A DNA stretch of 64,000 bases from Tubiluchus corallicola (lineage: Eukaryota; Animalia; Priapulida): positions 321,971 through 385,970 of the forward strand of contig JAQGDQ010000050.1 of the NCBI GenBank assembly GCA_030141605.1. The letters are read 5' to 3'. Shown piece after piece: positions 56,901-64,000 of the stretch; position 1 is the stretch's first letter, and each line of letters starts with the position of its first letter. The translations under genes were made by a program, and so were the position numbers. The notes beneath the pieces were generated by a model that saw only the letters and a list, made by a program, of their open reading frames with translations, was not told where the DNA came from and searched no databases.

Positions 56901-59900
56901 CTCTTTTTATAATAACCGACATGTATGAGTTGTTATCCAGCAAGGGACTCATTGTCTGTTTTGTTTTATTTCAGTTCCGATGTCGTACTGCTGTGTTTCT
57001 CAGTATCAAATCCGGCTTCCCTTCGTCATGTCAAACTCACCTGGTTCAAAGAAATTCGAAGGTTCTGTCCAAACACGCCCATCGTGCTTGTGGGCTGCAA
57101 AGTGGACATGCGCTACCTGTGGAAAGATGAACGTTATCTGGCTCTTTCCACCAAACGAGGCCCTTTAATACGGTATAACATAGCTGATATGTGTTTGCGT
57201 TGCAGCTGCTCACTAGTTGTGCACCAAAATATTGTTCACAAATGTCGCTATTGTGCATGGGCAAGTTCTCTTCCATGTTAGCCATTATGCTGCTAAGATA
57301 CTAATTCACTACAGTGAGCAAAATTGTAAGAGGTTGTGCATCTGTGGGAGTGTGTAGACTGAAAACCATGTTGTGAGCAACTGTGCTAGAATGGAGGAAA
57401 TATGAAAATATTCAATGATTTGGGTTTTGTCAATTTAAAGAGCTTTTTTGACAACTACAATAACATTATCTCCACGTGTAAATATTCTCATATGATTTTA
57501 AGCTTGTATCAATTATTGTCTTTGAAAATATTGTTATCGATTAGATATAATTATCACAGGTGCCCTTTGATTCATCTGCTAGTTGTTTTACAGGGCTTTT
57601 TTCTTTTGTACAATTCATTGTAATGTTTTGTTTACTGTGTTAATAAAAATGTTTACTACTATTAAGGGAAACCTGTAACAAGCCTTAAATTGCACAAAAA
57701 TTGTCAATGGTTGCTAAATTATTCTACACAAATTATTTTTTATGTAAGTGGAATTCAAAATATCTATCTGTTGGTTGTTGGGATCGCCGTCTTTCTTTTT
57801 CCTGCCACTCAGTTACCCTGCATCAAATTTTCATCTATAGTGTAGCAGAGAACAGCATGTGACAGAGACATAACATTATAATTTTATTCACAGTACTTGA
57901 TTTAGTATCTTAACAGCATAATGGCCTACGTGGAAGAGAACTTGCTCATGCGCAATAGCAACAATACACTATGCATGAACAATAATTTTTACTTTTGGCA
58001 AAACGTTTTGAAAAAATATAAGGGTAAATTTTCAAGGAAGCAGTGGTCTTCTGGAAGGACAATTAAAGAAGATATCTTAAAAAATTGATTCCTCGTTGGC
58101 AATGGACAACAGCAATTGACTGCATAAAAATAAACCACTAATGTGCACAACTGGCATATTTGAAACTACTTCACTGCAATTTTGTGGTCTGCAACTAAAA
58201 TAACTTTGCAATTCATTGTTTGAATTGTACTTAGTTTTTCAGTTCATTGTTTGTTAGTACCTATAGCACTTGTAATTATTGTAAAATATTGCTGTATAAA
58301 AGTAGTTTGAAGTAAGTTTTCCTGTCTTAATACTTAGAGGTGACTGTATAGAGAGAGCGAAAGCGAAAGTACTGTTTTACTGATTCATAATATTGCAGTA
58401 ATAAAGCTGTTCAATGGTATGGCCTCTAAATACCTTACTTATGCGCTTATGCCACCTGCATCTTAACAATATAGCCTTAGGTCGAATACGACTTCATGCT
58501 TACTGTTACTAGAACCGTTAAACAATCTTACTAGTAGTAATTCTTAAGTATGAATTTGCATTTGACATAAGATAATTTAGGGATTGAACTCACTGCTTCT
58601 TGTAGTGAGTTCAATCCCTAAATGCTAAAGCGACTTGCCGCTCTTCTTTAGGCTGTTTATTGCATTAGAATTAGAATTCGTTTGTTTTTTTACCTGTTAT
58701 TAAAATAAATTAGTACAATGTCAAAAATTTTGAAACAAAATATAACATAATAATACTAATTTTCATTACTATACGTAGGTGAATGGGTGGCAAATGAACG
58801 TAATTTATTGAGTTAGCCACCCCAGTATTTGCCACTTTGCTGACTATTAACAAGAAGATGGATGAATAAGCAATACACTGATATAATTATAATAGTTTGT
58901 ATTTAAAGACAGTTAAACATACTTAAAGAATTCTACATATACACAGATGATGCTACGCATGCACGTTCACACACGCACATGTGCGCGCAACCACTCATGC
59001 TCACTTACACTTGTGTATATGTGAGTAAATTCAACTTGTACGTTTTAAATACCGTAGTGTTCTATTTTCCACTTTAAAACGTTATAATTAGATTAAAATT
59101 TATGTATTTCTCAATAGAGTAATCTGAGTGCATTCTTACTAGAATTATTTTAAATGAATTCTCCCTATTCTTCACATTCTTTTTATGCAGTTTGTACCAG
59201 TTCATTGTAAAGCACGTGAGAATAAACGATACTTTAGCTGATTCTAAGTTCTGCACTATAAAAGTTAGTTTAACACTAATTAATAATTTCGGTTTAGGAA
59301 GGTGAGGGAACAAGATTTGCTGACACCCGAACAGGGCCGGGCTGTTGCCAAAGATATTGGTGCTTCCTACTATGAGTCAAGTGCATTCACGTTGTTTGGG
59401 GTTGAAACAGTTTTTGAGAACACAATCCGTGCGGCTTTGTGTGGCCGCAGAGAGAATCGCTTCCTCATGTCTCACCTAAAGAAGATTCAGGGCCCCCAAC
59501 TACAGGTATGCAACACATACTTCTTCTGTCATTTTTAACTAGCGTCAACTTTAACTTAGGTTAAAAGTGTCTAGTGTTTTTTAGTTGAAAAAGTCCAGCA
59601 TTTACTGTAACTGGGCCTGTGCAGTTTTGCACAACTTGGGTACTATACGTAAATGACATAAACCACCTAAAAATGTTTACTCTTATTTTTACAATTTTAT
59701 GTGTAATTTATGTTATTTCCTTTCCCAGTGTGTATTTTATTTAATTATCTGTAATCTTAATGTCAAGATTATCATTAATGATGATGATACATACCCAAAA
59801 TTAATTAAATTTGCAACCAAACTCAAAAGACAGGAAATGTGAAAAGTTAGAACAATGCCTGTATGTGAACACGGGACCTTCGGCTAACACCAAGACTAAT

Positions 59901-62900
59901 GGCGTAACCACTAGGCCACCATGTTTCTCGGTGTTTAATTAACTGTGGGATTGCACCATCAATGCCTTTTTTGAAGTTTTTTATTAAAAGCGTTAAATGA
60001 GTACAAAACACTGATCTGTATCACAGAAGTGCATTTAGAAACACTTCTTGTTATCCAAAAATAATGTAGGTATACTTGATGTATACAAATTTCACTTTAT
60101 AAAATGGCTGCCTACTTGATATAAAGACATTAAGAGTTTTTAATAGCTGGGAGTATGGGGCACTGATGTCTTCTTGTCTGTTGGAGTGACCTATTTAAAT
60201 TACTCGAAGCAAAAAAGGTGGTGTTACTAATAATGTTTTACTTTTCAAACTTAAAGATTTTGAAGTAAGGTCATTAAGTTAGATATGCAACCAGCGATTG
60301 CATGATACAATCATGCAAAATCAATTGTGCAATTGCAAATTAACAACATTCAACAGAAAACCTGTGAAAAAACAATCACTACATAACCTAATGGAAAATA
60401 GACTTTTCTGTTAGTGTGATCAAACCACACGTAAGAGTGGTGTCAATGGACAGGAAGTGCAGGTAACTGATCACGATTACAACAGTTGAGCTGCGACGGT
60501 CTAATTGTAATCTCAGTTGAATTTACTACTACAATTCTAGGTTTTATCATTAAGTGAACATAACTGCTGAACAAATTACCCAACACAATTTAGTGACAAA
60601 ATTGATTGTATGGTACCATGTGAACAATGTCAAATGCCTCAAAATATGGTTTGTTTCAAAGTAAGAAAACAAACGTATGAAATATTGCCCTTAAAAAGCA
60701 ACAGTGAAAAAAGGAAGAAACACTATTCTTGTCATTAATAAATCAGTTGTGCTACGTGACTGCTCGTAGACGTTTACGTAAATTGAAATTTTTTATTTAG
60801 TTGCTGGCAGCTTACTAATGGTGATTATTTTGTAGGCACCGTTTTGCCCACCAAAGCCAGATGCACCAAAGATAAATGTGCCCAAGGCTGGGTTCATTGA
60901 AGACCTACGCACTTTATACAACAGCAAATCATTCTGTGATGTCATTTTTATAGCACAAGGAGTGCAAATTCTAGCTCATCGCTTCCTCTTGGCTGCATCA
61001 GTGCAGACTTTTTTCGATTTATTTACTATAGACTTGTCTGACGTGCTGCCAGAAAGTTGCCGGGAAACTTATCCCAATCCTTCTCCCATTCTTTGCAAAA
61101 AGTTTCCATCTGATGATGAAAGGTTAATAGAGAGTGACAGCAGCTCACAAACTGATTCAGAAATTTCATCTTACCGTGCTCCCGGTGATGTTGGCATTAG
61201 AAAGATTGTCAACCATCCAGCATTTGATGAGCTTTTAGTCAGGAGTAACACAGATCTAGGACTAGCGGGAGAGTTACGTCTCGTTGTCGTTCTGTGCCGT
61301 AGTATCAGTGCCGTGTTGTTCCGCAATTGCTTATTGTACGTTTATACCGGTGAAGTAAATTACGCACATGTTGACATAAACGAGATGATGAGGGTTGCAA
61401 AGTTGCTAGAAATGGGCGAGCTGTTTGCGTCGCTGCAGAACATCTACAGAAATGAAGAATTTCTGAACCAGCCCATCAAAGAACAGTTTCAACGCCAGCA
61501 GCGGGAAAATCTGAAACGCCTGTGCTTGCAGGCCAATTTCTTTTCAGGTAAGTGGTTATCTGGCTATATTAAATTAATCTGATCTGTTGATCCTAATTAC
61601 TTTTAAGTTCTGCTGAAACTGGACTTGTGGATTAATACACTACACTATGTATCTGTATAAGTTATATAGGTGAATCTCTGTAATGCAGTTCAGCAGTACT
61701 ATGATGATCTTCAAAAGTCCCCAGTCAATCTTATAATGAAAATCTATTGTCTACTGTACAAAGCTCGCCAGTACAAAATTTCTTACAGCTGTGTTTTTTC
61801 TCGGCAAAAGCTATTCTTCAATGCAAATAAATAAAGAGTAATTAACCTTAGAAATTATTTCTGTTTAATTATTTTTTATGTGTGGTTTAAAGAAGTATTT
61901 TTCTTGTATTGTCATTGTTTATGAGTCACTGTTAAAATAACATATGTGGCGTTTTTGACTAGGCTGAACAACTGGTAAAGCCTTTTACTGTGTGGTACTA
62001 GTTCTTTGTACTTTTGTAAACATGGGCTTTAATATCCATGATTATTTGAACATGTTGCACGTACGACGACAAGCTAAAGTTCTTGTCAAGCAGTATAATC
62101 AAACGTTCAGGTAATACAAAACAATTATGCAAACTGTAATTTTCATGATTTGATGTATGCACACTGTTTTACACTGGGTAATTGTATGTACAGTTAAACC
62201 TCCTTATACCACCACCTGTTATAGTGCCAAACTAGTTTACAGCCTGCAAAACAGCTAGGAATGAAATGGCTATTCACTTGTATTTAAAAATAACCCTTAT
62301 ACCGCTGGTAAATTAATATATTATATGTTCCATGAGGAAATACCATCAGCAGTCTCAATTAGAGTCAGCAGCTTCTCAATATAATGGCAGCTGTACGAGG
62401 CTGCTGTAACCTCCTCTGAGTCGGTGATAGTCACTGACCAGATGCCACGTGTTGTATAAAATAATGCATCTTGTCATGCTTTGATTGTTTGCAAGTTGTA
62501 CCACACGTCATACAATCACAATAATATTATGTAGTGTCAAAACCAGGCAGTTATAATGGCAAGTGACAAGAAAACATGTGGCTCTTCTTTCTGCAAGCAA
62601 GAAGCATGATATTTGCTTGTTTTCTAAGCAAACGATTGATATAATAATTGTCTTTTAATTCTAAATTCTTTGGCTTCTAGAGTGAAAATTGCCAACTTAC
62701 TTTAACCTGTGTACATTTGTGTGACTGTTTTGTGATTTGGCTCTAGCAAAATTTAGCACAGCCTGTTATAATGCCAAACCTGCTATAATGCCACCTTTTT
62801 TCTGATCCCAAAGTGGGCGGTATAAAGATGTTTGCCTGTAGTTATCTTTTAATATAGTACTATGTTATTTTCATTATGTAGTGTAGTTCTCATTAATAAC

Positions 62901-63304
62901 AAAATTTTACGAAAAAGGAACCCAACTATAAAAATATGATTGAGGCTATGAAATTGAAATTGAATTGCGTTCTCGTTAAAAAATTGGGAATTGCCAGTTG
63001 GAGTTAGATTCAAGACAAAAAAATGTACACGCAGTTTCTAAGGCAAAAAATTTGGTGTTGTTTTTCTAATACATATTTATGTCATTGATGTTTTATGATA
63101 TAGTTAATTCGTGCTATGTCAATGTTGACATTTCTAGTGCACATAACATGCCTAGTATGTTTATGTATCTCCTTTGTTTCTGCAGATATAACATTCCAGC
63201 TGGATGACGGCACATGCTGTGGACACAGAGCTTTACTCATGGCAAGATGTGACATGATGGGTGCCATGCTGGGTGGAGCATTTAGGGAGAGTGTTTCCAA
63301 GCTG
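53934..63304 (+). CDS. RhoBTB: Rho-related BTB domain-containing protein (atypical Rho GTPase plus BTB domains), 3' part beyond the window
   Basis: Exons 53934-53997 ([22 protein letters not shown]), 55979-56094 (KTRLICARA...[12 protein letters not shown]), 56688-56791 ([19 protein letters not shown]), 56975-57172 (SDVVLLCFS...[13 protein letters not shown]), 59298-59505 (YYESS...[10 protein letters not shown]), 60836-61547 (APFCPPKP, first BTB), 63186-63304 (second BTB start, DITFQLDDG...[12 protein letters not shown]). All junctions are GT-AG and in phase. Confidence 0.95.
55560..55915 (-). mobile_element. Short 3' remnant of a CR1/L2-type LINE in a RhoBTB intron
   Basis: Minus-strand [17 protein letters not shown] followed by an AT-rich tail. 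Confidence 0.45.
58575..58623. repeat. Perfect 20-bp inverted repeat (hairpin)
   Basis: ATTTAGGGATTGAACTCACT-gcttcttgt-AGTGAGTTCAATCCCTAAAT. Confidence 0.9.
59851..59929 (-). mobile_element. tRNA-derived SINE head or tRNA pseudogene
   Basis: Minus strand has an A box (TGGCCTAGTGG) and a degenerate B box (GTTCACATAC) at tRNA-like spacing; no intact cloverleaf. Confidence 0.55.
62191..62838. mobile_element. Non-autonomous Tc1/mariner (pogo/Tigger-like) MITE, 648 bp
   Basis: Left TIR is CAGTTAAACCTCCTTATACC; the right end reads CAGGCAAACATCTTTATACC in reverse complement. TA flanks both ends (62189-62190, 62839-62840). Subterminal TATAATGCCA-type repeats are present. Confidence 0.75.
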
Positions 63305-63446
63305 GTATGTCTGTTTTTTTACTTACTTTGATTTATCAAGATAAGATTTGATGCAGTCAGAATGAGGTATTACACTAGTCATTTAAAGCAAAACAGGGCA
63401 GTTTTTCATATCCTACCATAGCAAAATGTATACATTTTTACACGTA

Positions 63447-63510
63447 CAGTAAGTCCTCGTTTAACGACACTAATGCGTTCCAGCAAAACGCAGCGTTAAG
63501 CAAATGAAGC
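63447..63510. mobile_element. Single Tigger/pogo-like terminal repeat
   Basis: TA followed by CAGTAAGTCCTCGTTTAACG; no partner end seen in the window. Confidence 0.4.
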
Positions 63511-64000
63511 CAAACCTTCCATAGAATGTAAAAGAATTGAGATAGGCAAAAATCAGTGCTGCTTAAATCATATAAATTAAATGTTTTATGAGTTTTACTC
63601 ACGTTTCTGCTGATTAATTTCTTTCTGCTTGCTTGAAAACACCTATATATCTTACTTACCTAGCTAGCAGTTTCTCTTTCATCAACTTTTAAGTCTAGAC
63701 AGGGTTAAACAATAAGCATTCCAGGAGAGTAAAAGCCAATTCCCGAGGCGATCTTGGGAATTTTATCTAGATACTTAGTCTGGTCACTATAGCAGCAGGT
63801 TGCAGGAAAAATTCCTTCGCATAATGTTATCTCCCAGACTTCGCTTAATACAAATGGCTAGCATTTAGTGGTCAGTCAGGAAGCAGTAACATATAGTTGT
63901 ATAGTAATTGCACTGTTTAGGTTTCTAGTGTGTTTTTAGAATAGAATGATGCAATATGTATTGTTTTAGTGCATGAAATTAGGAAAAAAAGTTGTTGATA

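Noticed and set aside
59851-59929. Functional tRNA gene
   Set aside because: The B box is degenerate and acceptor/anticodon stems are not convincing; treated as a SINE head.

Overview
AT-rich, intron-containing animal DNA, probably from an invertebrate. It holds three host genes. (1) A 5'-truncated ephexin/SGEF-family RhoGEF (DH-PH-SH3) on + strand, ending at 19924. (2) A convergent PDCD6IP/ALIX gene on - strand (22567-35292) with only one coding intron. (3) A RhoBTB gene on + strand starting at 53934 and running off the window. The main finding sits inside the ALIX intron: a decayed BEL/Pao LTR retrotransposon (~26533-33364) whose Gag-Pol reading frame carries an intronless glycogenin (GT8) catalytic domain. 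The domain lies between an N-terminal SAP domain/coiled coil and the Gag core, and small frameshifts plus one stop codon account for its breaks. The window also holds a Gypsy Gag-Pol without recognisable LTRs, LINE remnants, Tc1/mariner-type MITEs, a tRNA-derived SINE head, microsatellites and hairpins. All calls come from reading and translating by eye; no database searches were run.
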